From NCBI GenBank assembly GCA_014905635.1, contig JABVCE010000004.1, forward strand, positions 806,001-870,000: 64,000 nucleotides of DNA. The letters are read 5' to 3'. Source of the DNA: Scenedesmus sp. PABB004 (Eukaryota). Below are positions 23,923-36,300 of this stretch, piece by piece; the stretch's first letter is position 1, and every line of letters begins with the position of its first letter. Position numbers and translations under genes: made by a program. The notes under the pieces are model-generated. The model saw only the letters and a program-made list of their open reading frames with translations, ran no database searches and had not been told where the DNA came from.

Positions 23923-24823
23923 CCGGGCTGCTGCGCCGCCGCGGCGCCGGCGTAGGGGTTTGTCGCGGGGCCCTGCCCCGGCGCGTGCGCGGGCGGCGCG
24001 ACGTAGCCCGGCGGCTTGGTGTAGAGCGGCGGCTCGGCGCCAAACAGCATCGCCATCTCCTGGACTGAGCTCGAGAGGTCGCTCGCGGGGTGCAGCCAGT
24101 GCGCGATGCAGGGGCTGCGCACGAGGCCGGACGGGTCCACGCACGAGTGCCCGCCCTTGATGACCATGGACGCCGTCGGGCACACGTACACGAGCGGCGC
24201 CGCGAGCGGGTAGCGCTCCGGCAGCCACGCGACGATGGGGATGTTGTACTTGTGCGCCTGGTAGTGGATGGGGATGGTGCCCTCCGCCTTGACCAGGTTG
24301 AGGATCCTGCGCGCGCGCGTGGCGGCGGTTGTTGCGCGGCGCCCGCGCGCTGCGCGCGGCGCCCGCTGCGCCCGCTGCTGCCCGCGCCCGCTGCGCGTGC
24401 TGCGGCTGCGGGCCGCGCCGCACGCGCCTGCCGTCGTTAGAGTGGAACTCGCTGACCTTGATGGTGAGGTTGGGGAACATCTGCGGCGGCGGCGGCGCGA
24501 GCAGCGGCGCGCCGGCGGGGCAGCGGCGCGTTGTCGCGGCGGCCGCGGCGAGCGCAGCTTGGCCCCCGTGCGGCCGCTCCGGCCCTCGGCGCGTCGCCCC
24601 GGGTCGCCAGCGTCGCGCCAGCGCCGACGGGCGGGCGGCGGGAGCCGCGCGCGCGCGCTGCATGCGTCGGTTGCGCGCGGAGGGGGCGCCCCACCTTGAG
24701 CAGGTCGCTCAGGTGCTCGCGGATCGTCCACTTGTTGCGCTCCTCGTAGGGCACGGCTTGCGGGCCGCGCTGCGAGAGCACGGCGCTCAAGTACTCCAGC
24801 GCCTGCCCTAGAGGGGGCCCCAT
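22729..24823 (-). CDS. VPS23: ESCRT-I subunit Vps23/TSG101/ELC (UEV + Pro-rich + coiled coil + SB domain)
   Basis: LSQRGPQAVPYEERNKWTIREHL..GTIPIHYQAHKYNIPIVAWLPERYPLAAPLVYV..FGAEPPLY and AEDLAVEDCLLVLEKAM..YMKQ|VRLLCRKQF. Confidence 0.95.
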
Positions 24824-25179
24824 GGCGCCCCCGCGTTTGCGTTGCACGTGCGACCGCGATCGACGCCGCCCGGACGGCTGCGGGCTCGGGGGCCTGCAGC
24901 GGCCGGCGGCGAGCAGCGGCGGCCCGCGTGGCGCGCGGCGCGCGGTGCGGCTGAGCGTGCGGGCTGGCGTGTGCGACGCGCGTGGGTGTGCGGTGGGGGC
25001 TGACCAACCAGGGAACGGAGCTGGCCGCGGCGCAGCAGCAAACCGCCGCAACCCCGCGCCAGCGCTGCGTCGCACTTGGCCGCCGCGGCGCGCCGCGCCC
25101 CCCACAGCCGCTCCCCGCCCCCCTTCGTTCAGCCACCAGCCCGCTGGTTTCCGACCCGCGCCGAGCGCCGCCGGCCGCG

Positions 25180-26534
25180 ATGCTGCGCCTCGCGCTGGCG
25201 CGCGCCGCCCGGCAGTCTCCGTGGCAGGGCGGCGGCGGCGGCGCGCCGTGGCAGGGCGGCGGCGGCGGAGCGTGCCAGCTGCTGGGCGGCGGCGGCTGCC
25301 GCGGCGCGCACAGCGGCAGCAGCTGGCGCGAGGGCCTGCTGGCGGCGTCGGCGGCGACGATCGCGGCGCGCGGCGCGCTTGCGGCGCTCGCCGCGGCGCC
25401 CGCGGCCGCGGCGGCGACGGGCGCGGCGGCGCTCGCGGCGGGCGCGGCGGGCGCGGCGGCGGGCGCGCCGGGCGGCGCGGCGCTGGCGCTGAGCAGCTTC
25501 CAGATCCACAACCCCCGCCGCGGCGGCAGCAGCGGCGCGGCGTACTGGATCTGGCGAGCGGGCCTCTCCGGCACTCTGGCGACTCACGGCCTCATTGCCG
25601 CCAACGTCCTCAGCTTCGGCCTGCAGCAGCTCAACCCCGCATACACGCAGGCCGCCGTGCGGGTGCGCACCGCGCCGGCCGCGCCGCCGCGCTGCGCCGC
25701 CGCTGCAGCCATCAAAACACCCGCCGCCGCCGCCGCCGCCGCCGCAGGCCGGCTGGGCGGTCGCGCAGGGCGAGTGGTGGCGGCTGGGCACCGCGGCCTT
25801 CATCCACGGCAGTGCGCTCCACCTAGGGGTGCGCCCCCGTGCCGCGTTCCCCGCGCCGCCCCCGCGCCCGCCGCCCGCGCCGCGACGCCCGCCCCCTGAA
25901 CCGCGCTCGCCGCGCCGCGCCCGCCCGCGCCGCGCCGGCAGGTCAACATGCTGGCGCTGTACAACATCGGTGCGCGCACGTGCGCACGTGCGCCGCACGG
26001 GGCCCACACGGGGCCGACACTCACCCTCCCCCTGCCCCCCGCCCGCCTCCCACGCCCGCCGCGCGCAGGCGGCACCGTCGAGGGCGCGCTCGGCAGCGGC
26101 CGCTTTTTGACAGTGTACATGGCCAGCGCTGTGGCCGGCAACCTCGCCGGCTACGCGCTGGGGCACAGCTTCACCACCAGCATGGGCAGCTCAGGCGCGG
26201 CGCGCGCGGTGTGCGCCCCGCGGCGGGCGGGCGCGCGCCGCCGCCGGGACGCGCCGCCCGCGCCGCCTCGACGCGCGCCGGGGCGCGCCGCCGCGCGCCG
26301 CGCGCAGGCGCGCTGTGCGGCGTCTTCGGCGGCTACCTGGTGCACCGCTGGCTGCACCGCCACGCCGTGCCGATCAGCGGCCCGGAGCTGCGCAGCATCG
26401 GGCTCACGCTTGGGCTCAACCTTGCCATCATGCTCGCCCTCGGCGGCTCCCTCGACCAGGCTGCGCACGCGGGCGGGTTCGCTGGCGGCATGGCCGTCAC
26501 CGCGCTGCTCTGTGCGCGCGGGCGGCGCTGGTGA
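25180..26534 (+). CDS. Rhomboid intramembrane serine protease with organellar presequence (RBL10-like)
   Basis: GEWWRLGTAAFIHGSALHLG|VNMLAL, GSS|GA (catalytic Ser) and AAHAGGFAGG (catalytic His). Confidence 0.9.
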
Positions 26535-26780
26535 CGCCGGGCGGGGCTTTTTTGAGAGTAACACGCGGCGGGGCTCAGGGCGGCGGCGCCAGTGCCTGCC
26601 TCGCAGCTGCTCACTGGTGCTGCCCAGCCGCTGTCTTCGACCTCCCTGGCGCCCCAGCGCACCGGTCATCGATTAGCACCGCTGCAGCAGCGCAGCAGCG
26701 GCGGCGGCCCCTCTCGCCCTGCAGCGCTCGCCCCACTACGCCCGGCAGCGCGTCGGTGGTTCAGGAGTTCACAATCGGCC

Positions 26781-28523
26781 ATGGCGCGCCTGGCAGCGCT
26801 GTTGGCGCTGCTGCTGGCGGGCAGGGCGCTGGGTGCGTGATGGCCGCAACGGCAGGCCTCCCGCCGCGCCACCGCGCCGCGGCGCGGCCCACCGAGCCGC
26901 CCCGCGCGTGCCTGCTGTCGCGCAGGTGCGGAGCAGTGCTCAAACACCAAGGCCGAGCCGTCCTTCTCGTACGACAGCGTGTTTTCATCTGCTCGCGACT
27001 CGGGCGTCGCGTTCGCGGGTGCGGGCGCCCGGGCGATGCCGGCGGGCGGCGCACCCGGCTGGCCGCCGATCAGCGCACCTCCCGCGCCGCAGACCTGCCC
27101 GGCTACAGCCGCAGCGTGTACGCCGAGGACCACGCGCTGCTGACGCCAGAGTCGCGCGTCTGGGCGCCCAACACCTACGGCTGGTGAGGCTTGGACAGAG
27201 AGCCAGGGCCGCGCGCAGCGGCCTGGACCTGCCTCCGCGAGCAGCCGGGGCGCCGCTTGCCGGGGGACGCCGCGTGCCGGGGAACGCCGCGCGCCGCGCG
27301 CGCAGCACGCGCCGCGGCCACGGCCGATCGCTCGGCCGCGCCGCCGCCGCCCGCAGGCACAACAGCCTGACCGCGCACCTGATCAACCCGTACAAGGGCC
27401 CCCACTTCACGATGTACCTGGTGCAGATGAAGCACGACAGCCGCGCGGCGCCGCTGGACGCGCGCGTCGAGCGGTGCGCGCGCGGCCCCGCCGCCGCCAC
27501 AGAGCCGCCGCCGCGCCGCGCCGGGCCCCGGGCGCGCACGCACGCGCGGCGCGGCCTCGCGCGACCGCGCCCGCCTTGCGCGCGCGGCGCGCGCCGCGCA
27601 GGTTTGTGTTTGTCGTGGAGGGCAGCGTGACGGTGTCGCACGGGGGCGAGGACATCGAGCTCCGCGCCAACCAATATGTCTTCTTCCCGCCCGGCTCCAA
27701 CGACACGTGCGCGGCCGGCACGCGCCCGCCGCGCGGGCGCGGCGCGCGCGCGCCGCCGGCGCTGCCACCAACGTGAGCGCGCGCGCGCGCGCGGGGCCTC
27801 CTGACCGCCGCGGCGCCGCGCCCCGCCGCCGCAGGCTCACGTCCGAGGGCGGCGCGGGGCTGTGCGTCTTTGAGCGCATCTACAGCAAAAAGGCGCGGCG
27901 CGGGGCGGCGGGCCCCGGCCGCAGCAGCCGGCCGCAGCGCCTGGTCGTCGCAGCAGCGCGCGGCCCGCGCCGCCGACCCCGCCGCGGCCGACGTGCCACG
28001 GCCAACCCAGCTGCCGCCGCGCGGGGGCCCGCAGGGTTCGCCCGCGTTCCAGTACGGCACGACCGACGACCGCCCGCTGCTGCCGGTCGAGCCGGAGGTC
28101 TTTGCGCTGCGCAAGCTGCTCCCCGCGAACGACGAGTACGACTTTAACATCCACGTCATGGACTTTGAGCCGGGGCAGTACCTGTACGTCAAGGAGATCC
28201 ACTACAACCAGCACGGCCTGCTGCTCCTGCAGGGCCAGGGCATCTACCGCCTCGGCAACAGCTGGTGCGGGGGTGGTGCGGGGGTGGTGCGGGGGGTGGT
28301 GCGGGACAGCGTGCGGCGCCGCGCGGCGCGGCGCAGGGAGCGGGCGCGCGACGGCCCTGCGTGACGGCCCCGCGCCGCCGCGCCGCCCAGGTACCCGGTG
28401 CAGGCTGGGGACGCGATCTGGATGCCGCCGTTTGTGCTGCAGTGGTACGCAGCGCTGGGCACCGAGACGAGCCGCTACTTGCTGTACAAGGACACCAACA
28501 ACGACCCCCTGCTGCGCCCCTGA
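26781..28523 (+). CDS. UGLYAH: (S)-ureidoglycine aminohydrolase (bicupin, AllE/YlbA-like) with signal peptide
   Basis: [95 protein letters not shown]. Confidence 0.96.
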
Positions 28524-28884
28524 GACGGTGGCGCCGGCGGCGGCGTGTCGGGCGCTGGCGCTGGGCGCGCGCGGGGCTGGCGGCGGTCGGCGGCGCGCGC
28601 GGGGGCGAGCGTGGCGGCTGGCGACCGGCGCGCGCGCGCGCGCGCGGGAGGGTGGGGTGTGTGCCTGCCTGCCTGTGACCAAGCCCCAGTGCGTTTCAGG
28701 GCGCCGCGCCAGCCCCGCGCGCGCACAGGCGCCGCACGACGCCGGCGGCGGCCTGGCCTCAATCGATCAACTGGTCGCGACAGCGGAGCGCCCAGCAGGG
28801 AGTGCGCTGATCACTCACACACAGCCCCCAGGCACAGACCAGACCAACGTGCCCACGAGCGGCCGCGCGGCATGCGCGCGGCGC

Positions 28885-28961
28885 TCACAGCAGCAGGGCC
28901 GCAAGCAGCGCCGCGCCGGCGGCCAGCGCGCCCGCGGCGCGCGCGCCGGCGGCGCCGTTGC

Positions 28962-28992
<31 letters not shown>

Positions 28993-30109
28993 GCCGGCGG
29001 CGGGGGCCACCGCCTCGCCGGCGGCGAGCGCCGACATCTGGCGCAGCAGCGCGGGGGCGCTCACGGGGTTGTCGAGCGCCGACAGCACGCCCGCGGTGGA
29101 GGGGTTGGCCTCGATGGCGCCCGCGTTGAGGCCGCGCAGCGTCGCCGCGTCGTCGGCGCTCAGCGCGGCGAGCAGCTCTGGGCTGGCCAGCATCGCCTGC
29201 AGGAGCTGGCCCGCCGAGTTGAGCTGCCCCGTGAGCGTGAACGTGGGGCCGCCCGCGCCCGCCTGCACCGTCGCGACGCGCAGCGGCGCCGCGGCGCCGC
29301 CGGGCAGCGTGACGTTGGACAGGTCGTCCTCGCCGTCTGGCGGGCGGGGCGCAGCACGCGGGGCGCCGCACGTGTGGGCGGGGCGGGCGCGCGAGCGCGG
29401 GCGCAGGCGCAGGCGGCGCTGCGAGGCGGCGGCCGCGCAAGCGGCGGCGCGCACAGGTGGTGCCGTCGCCGGTGCGCGAGGTCGCGGTGACGTTGGCCGT
29501 CGCGTTGGCGGCGAGGCCGGCGACCTCGGTGGTGAGGCAGGCGGGGACGTCGTCGGGGTCGGAGAAGTCGCAGGCGTTGAGGCCCGCCAGGCCGGTGACG
29601 TTGACGTCAGCCATGAGCCTGCGCGGCGGGCTTGGGCGCAGCGCGCGTGTCGGGCGCGAGAGCTGGCCAGGGCCCGCGCGCGGCGGCGGCGCGCGCACAT
29701 GGCGGCCAGGTACTGCTCGGCGCAGGCGCGGATGATGGCCGCCGCCGCGGGCAGCGCAAAGGCCTCCGGCGCGGCGGCGTCGTAGGTCACGTTGCCCGCG
29801 CGCAGCGCGGGTGTGAAAACGTCGACCAGCGCGCACACGCAGGCGCCGCACACGTCGGCGCCGGCGCAGTCCCTGGCGACGCCCGTGAAGTCGAGCTCCT
29901 GCGGCGACCGGCTCACGCGCGCAGGCGTGAGCAGCGCGCGGCGCGGCGCAGCAGGCAGCGCGGGCGCGGGGGCGCCAGCGCCGCAGCGCCCCAACCACCT
30001 GCGTGGAGGGGTCAATCGGGCAGCCCGCATCGCTGGCCTGCTGCGCGGCGACGCTGCGGCTGGTGAAGGCCAAGAGCGCGAGCAGCAGCGCGGCAGCGAC
30101 GGCCCTCAT
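28885..30109 (-). CDS. Secreted, probably GPI-anchored Cys-containing protein (SPARK-like ectodomain), 4 exons
   Basis: Signal peptide MRAVAAALLLALLAFT, then GCPIDPSTQ|ELDFTGVARDC..CGACVCAL..AC..C..C, and a hydrophobic C-terminal tail (AGAALLAALLL*). The SPARK resemblance is inference. Confidence 0.7.
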
Positions 30110-30269
30110 CGTGTGCTGCGGCTTGAAGTCGGGGGCGGCAGGAGCCGGGGCGACGTGGGTGAGCGAAATGGGGCGGCTCCCGGGCGGTGCCGGCCCCAAG
30201 GCGCGCCTGTCAGCGCGATTTTGCAGCGTTTGACGCGCCGAGGCAGCGAGTGGCCAGCAGTCGCGCGGG

Positions 30270-30810
30270 CGCCGGCGCGCTGGCGCGGGGCCGCTGTAGA
30301 CGCGCAGGCCCGACGCGTGCTCATCGCCTGGCGCGAGCGGGGCGCGCGGCACGGGCTGTGCGGCGCGGCGGCGGCGCGCGAGACCCGTGCGCGGACCGCG
30401 CCGCCCGGAGTCCCCGCGCCGCTGCGGGCTTGATTGATTTGATTTACAGACGGCCGCACAGGTCAAGGAATACAGCCCGTCGCAGAGGGTTTTTGTTGTT
30501 TGCGCGCGCCGCGCCGAGCGGCCCACGCCCGCCGGCCGCCGCGGGCGGGCGCTGCGCGGTCATGAGCACCACCGCCATCAAATGCAGGGACGTGGTTGAG
30601 CAGAAGAGCTTGCTAGCCAGGCCTCGCGGCCGAGTGTCAAACGTCGAACGACAAACAAAGCGTCTGCACAGGGCGGCGTCTCGGTCAACAGCAACATCAA
30701 TCACGTCCGCCCCATCCCAATCAATCAATGACGCAGGCTGCGGCCCGCGCACAGCCGGCACGGGGCACGCGCCTCGGCCTCCGCGCGCGCTGCCGGCGCT
30801 CAGCAGCGCA
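30270..30810. repeat. Copy 1 of a ~540 bp inverted duplication (pairs with 39172-39716)
   Basis: For example, gggcttgattgatttgatttacagacggcc here is the reverse complement of ggccgtctgtaaatcaaatcaatcaagccc at ~39528. The copies are near-identical with scattered substitutions. Confidence 0.95.
30444..30448 (-). promoter_or_regulatory. Candidate TGTAA polyadenylation signal for the large minus-strand gene
   Basis: TGTAA is the established chlorophyte poly(A) signal. It lies about 400 nt downstream of the stop at 30849. Confidence 0.5.
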
Positions 30811-30848
30811 GGCCGGGCCCGTCCGCGCGCGCGCGCCGTGCACGACGG

Positions 30849-33351
30849 TCACTCGTGCACGGGCGCGGGCGCGCCGCCGCCGCCGTCGCGCAGCAGCCGC
30901 CGCAGCCAACCGCCCACGGGCTGCTGCTGCTGCTGCTGCTGCGCGCGGCGCCGGCGGCGGTCCGAAAAGCCAGCGCCGTCCCGGCCCCACCACTCGAGGC
31001 GGGGGCAGGCGTTGACGCTGCTGGTGGTGCTCCAGGCGGCCCAGCTCGCGGCGTCGCCGCCGCTGTCGACGCTGCGGCAGAAGCTGCCCACGCGCGTCAG
31101 GGCGGGCTCGCCGCCGCCGCCGCTGCCGCCGTCGTCCGCCCGCGCGCCGTCGTCGCCGGCACCGCCGCCCGCCGGCGCCACCCCGCGCCGCTGCACCTCG
31201 GCCCAGGCCGCGACGTCACGGCGCCGCTCCTGGTGGCTCTCCCGCAGCGCGTGGCGCGCGCGCAGCAGCTCCTGCTGCCGCGTGCGCGCCCGCGCGAGCG
31301 CCGCGCCGTCGGCGCCGGCGCCCAGGCCGGCCAGCAGCGCTGCGGCGCTGTCGGCGCGCAGTGCGAGCGCGCGCTGCGTGGCCCCGTCCGTCGACGAGGA
31401 CGAGGAGGACAGGGAGGAGCTGGAGCCGGACGGCGAGGCGCCGCCGACGTCCGCGCCGCGCGCAGCGGCGGGCGCCGGCGCCGCGCCCCGCTGCACTGCC
31501 GCGGCGCTGCCGCGCTCGCCGGCGGCGCTGCTGCCCGCGGCGGCGGCGGCGCCGCCGCCGCGCGCGAGCAGCGCGGCCACCCCCCGCTCCTGGCAGTGCT
31601 GGCTGAGGAGGCTGGGCGCCGCGGTGATCTCGCTGCCGCTGCCGCTGCCGGCCTGCCCAGGGCTGGCAGGCTTGCATGGACTCGCGGGCGGGCAGCCCGC
31701 CAGGGCCAGGCCCATCGCAGCGAGGGCGAGCTCAGCGGCCCTCGCCGCCGCGGCCTCGGGCTCCGCCGCCGCCGCGGAGGCGGCGCCGGGCTGCGGCGGC
31801 GGCGCGTGGTCGCACGCTGCGAGCGCGACCGACAGCGCCGACGCCGAGCGCGCCGCCGTGACGGGCTGCCGCTGCGGCGGCGACCGCGCCGCTGCCCCCT
31901 CGGCCGCCTCCTGCGCCGCCGCCGCCATCTCAAAGTCGACGGCAGCTGCCGCCGCCTCCCGCTGCGGCTGCGGCTCTGCGGGGGCAGCTGCGTCGACGGC
32001 AGCCGCCGCGCACGCCCGCTCGCCTGCGCGCACAGGCGTTGCTGCCGCGCGCGCCGTCGCCGCGGTGCCGCCAGCTGCGTCAGCCGCCTGCTGTGCGGGG
32101 AGCGCCAGCTGCTGCGCCCCCTCGGAGGCCGCCTCGGGGCTGGCCGCGGCAGCCGCCGGGCGCCGCCGCTGGGCCGGCGAGCCGCCACGCCGCCTCCTGT
32201 GCCCCTGAGCCTGGCTGGGCACCGTGCGCGCGCTCGCTGCAAAGTTGGCGTCCGCGCTGCCTGCCGGGCCTGCTGCGCCGGCGCTGGCGCCGCTGCCAGC
32301 GCCGAGCCCCCCGGGGCCCGCCGGCGCTCGGCGCGTGGGCCGCAGCCGCTTGACCTCGGCCGCCTCTGCGTCCGCCGCCTCGGCCGCCTCCATCGCCGCC
32401 GCGGCCGTGGCGACACGCTTGGTGAGCAGCACCGCACGCGGCGCGTCCGGCGCCGGCGCCACGTGCGCAAGCTGGTCTGTGAGGCTGCGCACGCGCCGGC
32501 TGACCAGGCCCGGCTGCACGCAGTCCACGTCGCCGGCGGCGGGCGCCGCGGCGGCGCCGGCCTCGCCGCCCTCCTCCGCGCCGGCGTGGCCCGCCGCGAC
32601 CATGACGTGCTGCGGCACGCGCTCCAGCACCAGCTGCGCCCGCCACGACCGGCTGGTCAGGTCCAGGTCGCTGCAGCTGCCCTCGCCGCTGGGCAGGCCC
32701 GCGGCGGCGGCGGCGGCGCCGCCAGTCGGCTCCGCCGTCCAGCCCGCGGGCTGCGCGGCCGGGGCGTCGCCGCCGCCAGGGGCCTGCGCCGCGTCGCCAG
32801 ACATGGGCGAGTCCAGCGCCGAGCTGCTGCCGCTCGCGCGGCTGAGCTTGCCGCTCGAGCCGCGGGTGGCGGTCGCGATCTGGCGCAGCGCGTCGGCCGC
32901 GTTGCTGCGGCGCGGGCGGGCGCGGGCGGGGGCGGGCGGTGAGGGCGGTGGCGGCGCAGCGCTACGCCGCGGGCTCGTGGCGCAGAGCCGGTCTGCCCCA
33001 TGTGCTCCTCCTTCCCTCTCCTCTCCCGGGCTCACCTCGACATGAATGCAGGCACATAGCCAATCCCCTCCCGCCGCCCGCTGGCGAGCAGCACCTCCTG
33101 GTGCTTGCCGGTGCCACAGAGCTTGGTCAGCAGCACGCCCGCGGCGCCGCCCCCGGCCGCGGCCTGCTGCGCCGCGCCGCCCGCCTGCTGCGGGGTGCAC
33201 GGCTCGCTGCCCTGCTCCGGCCCCGCGCCGGGCGGTGCGCCGGCGGCGCTGCCGGCAGCGCGCGCCGCGGCCGGCTGCGCAGCGAGCGGCTCCGGCTCAG
33301 GCCCCGGCTGCAGCGCTGCCGCCGCCGCCTCGAGCTGCGCCGGCGCAGCCG

Positions 33352-33382
<31 letters not shown>

Positions 33383-36300
33383 ACCTGCTGCGCTGGCGTG
33401 CGTGGGCGTGGCGTCCTCGCCCACAGCGGGCGCGGCGTCCCACACGTCCGGCGTCTCCGGCGACGTCACGGAGGGCGCGCTCCCCAGCGAGGCGGCTGGC
33501 GGCGGCGCAGCGCCGGGCTCTTCGGGCCCCGCCGCCGCCGCGGCCGCAGGCGCGGCGCTCGCGCGGGCGGCCTGCTCCGCCATCAGCCCAAACCGGCTGA
33601 GCTTGGCGGGGTGGCCGTGCTCGGCGCCGCCCTTGACCGGCGACACCGGCGGCGAGCCGGCGCCGCTGGGGCCCGCGTCGCCGCCGGCGGGCCGCCCCCG
33701 CGTCGGCGACGCGGGCGGCAGCCGGCTCGGCGCCGGCTCGGCCGCGGTCGGGGCGCCCAGGATGCCTCCGCTGAACGTCTTGCTGCGCGGCGGGCTGCGG
33801 CGCACCGCGACCGGCGGCAGCTGCTCGCCCTGGCCCAGGCGCCGCCGCTGCTGCTGCTGCTGCTGCTGCTGCTGCCGCTGCTGCTGGTGCACGCCGTCTC
33901 CGCTGCTGCATGCCGTGTCCGCTTCCGCCTCCGCCGCCGCGCCGGCTGCAGAGCCGTCACTGCCGGCGCGGCTGGTGGCGTCGGGCGCCCCGCCGAGGCC
34001 TGCGGGCGCCGCACCCTGCGGCGCGCCGCCGCCGTGGCCCGCCCCGTCGCTCGCCTCCGCCCCGCCGCCCGCGGCCAGCTGGGCCGGCACCGGCCGGTGG
34101 GTGTGCGCGTGTGTGTGCTGCTGCTGCTGCAGGGGCAGCGGCGCCGTCTGCGCCGCGTACGGCGGCGTCCAGTGCGACGCGTGCTGCAGCAGCTGCGCGC
34201 CGTGCGGCTGTGAGAGCTGGCCCGTCAGCAGCATCATCAGGGTGCTGCTGCTGCAGCTACGCGAGCGCTGCCCCGGCCCGCCCATGCTGCCGGGGCCGCT
34301 CCCGTGCACGCTGCCGCCGCTGAAGCCGGCAAAGCCGCCGCTGTGGCTGGGCGTGCCCGCGGCGCCACCGGCAAAGGCGCCGCCCGGCGCGCCGCCGGCG
34401 GGGCCGCTGCCCGGCCGGCGCGCGCTGGCGGGCGTGCTGCCGCCGCTGCCGCCGGCGCCTGGCGGGCCCTGCCGCGCAAGCGCCTGGTGCAGCAGCCCCG
34501 GCGACGTGGGCTGCCGGCGCGGCGTGCTGCAGCCGCTGCCGCACAGGCCGAGGGCGTGCGGCGGCGCGCCGGCCGCGTGCGGCGGCGCGCCCGCGCCGCC
34601 CTCGCCCGCGTCGCTGCGCCACGACGGCGAGCGGAGCACCGCGTGCGGCGTGATGGGGCAGTCAAACCCGACGACGCGCGGCGAGGCCGGCACGTAGCGC
34701 ACGCCGCTGCTCGCCGGCGACGGCGGCACGGTGATGCTGGCCATCGCGCTGCCGGCGCGCAGCGCGATGCTGCCCGTCGACAGCGCGCGCAGGTGCTGCG
34801 GGTGCAGCGGCGTCGTTGTGGCGGAGCTCGTGTCGGCGTCCGAGCCCGAGCCGCCGCCCGAGGCCGCGCGCGGCGCGGTGACGACGCGCAGCATGCTGTG
34901 GACGCCGCCGGGCGAGGCCGCCGCCGGCGCGCCGTCGGCGGCGGTCGCGGCGTCAGCGTCGCCGCCGGCGCCGCCGGGCGCGGCGCCCTGCCCCCGGGCG
35001 GGCCGGAGCGCCCTGCCCGCCGGCGGCTGCGTGGCCGACGCCGCCTGGTGCTGCGCAGCCAGCGCGGCGAGGTTGCCGGTGCTGGCCCCGCGCACGCCCC
35101 AGCGGGGCGGCAGCGCCGCCGCGCCCATGCTGCTGGCGCTGGCCACGCGCTCGAGCGCGCCGGGCCTGCCTGCGCCGGCCTGCTCTGCCTGCGCCTGCTC
35201 TGCCTCCGCTGCCGCTGTTGCCGCCGCCGCTGCGGCGGCTGCAGCGGCTGCCGCTCTGCTGTGGCCTGTCGCTACGGTGAGCCTGGGCAGCGGGAGGCCG
35301 CCGCCGCCCTCGTCCCGCGCCGGCGCGGCCCTGCCGGCCGGCTCGGCGGCGCTCGCGCTCGCCGCTGCCGCCGACTGCTGCGTCGCGGTCGCCTGGGCGT
35401 CCGCGAGGTCGGTGAGCAGCTGGTGCAGCGTCTCGCTGCTGATGCCGCCGCCGTCCGGGGTAAGGCCCGCGAGCGCGCCCGCGGCGGCCGCCAGCGTCGC
35501 GCTCACGCGCGGGCTCGCAAAGCGCCCGGCCGCGGGCGCGGCGGCGCCCGCGGCGCCGCCGCCGGCGCCGCCGACGACGTCGCCGCCGGCGCTGCCGACG
35601 CCGGACATCTGCCGGCTCAGGCCCTCGACGCCCGCCGTGGCGGCGCTCGCCGCCGACGCCTGCCAGCTGCCACCGGCGTGGCCCGCGGCCGCCACCGCCG
35701 CGGCGCCGGAGCCCTCCCGCGTCGGCGCGCTGCTGAGGCTGCCGCTCGCGAGCGAGGCAGACATGCTGCCGTAGAAGAAGTTTTCCGGCACGCTCGTGGG
35801 CTGGGGAATGGACGAGTAACGGGTGCTCACCGCCGGCGGCCGCGCGCCGCGCGCGCCGCCGGCGCTGCCCCAGGCGCCCGACGAGCCGCCGCCGGCGCCG
35901 CGCTGGTAACTGACGCCGAGCCACTCGCCCGCGGGGTCGTCGCCGTCGGCGTCGCCCTCGGACGGCGCGACCTCGCCGCCCCACGCGTCGCCGAGGTGCT
36001 GCCAGCTGGAGTGCCCGGTGAGCGACATGCGGGGCAGCGCCCCGGCGCTGCCATCCATGCTGATGCGTGTGCCAAACAGGTCGCTGCTCATGCGCGCGCC
36101 GCGCACGCCCGAGGGCGCGCGCGGGGCAGCAGCGCCGCCCGGCGGCGCGGCGGGCGGGCCGAGCGCGGCCGGCGCGCCGCGCTCGTCGCCGCCGGCGTCA
36201 TCGTCCCGGAAGAATCCGCTGTCGCTGGCGGGGCTGCCCGCGGAGCTGCCGCCCGCGCTGGCGGCGGCCACGGCCGCCGCGGCCGCCTCTGCGGCTGCCG

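Noticed and set aside
33065..33140. VLLTKLCGTGKHQEVLLA resembling a kinase glycine loop
   Set aside because: No VAxK, HRD or DFG motifs follow in either exon.
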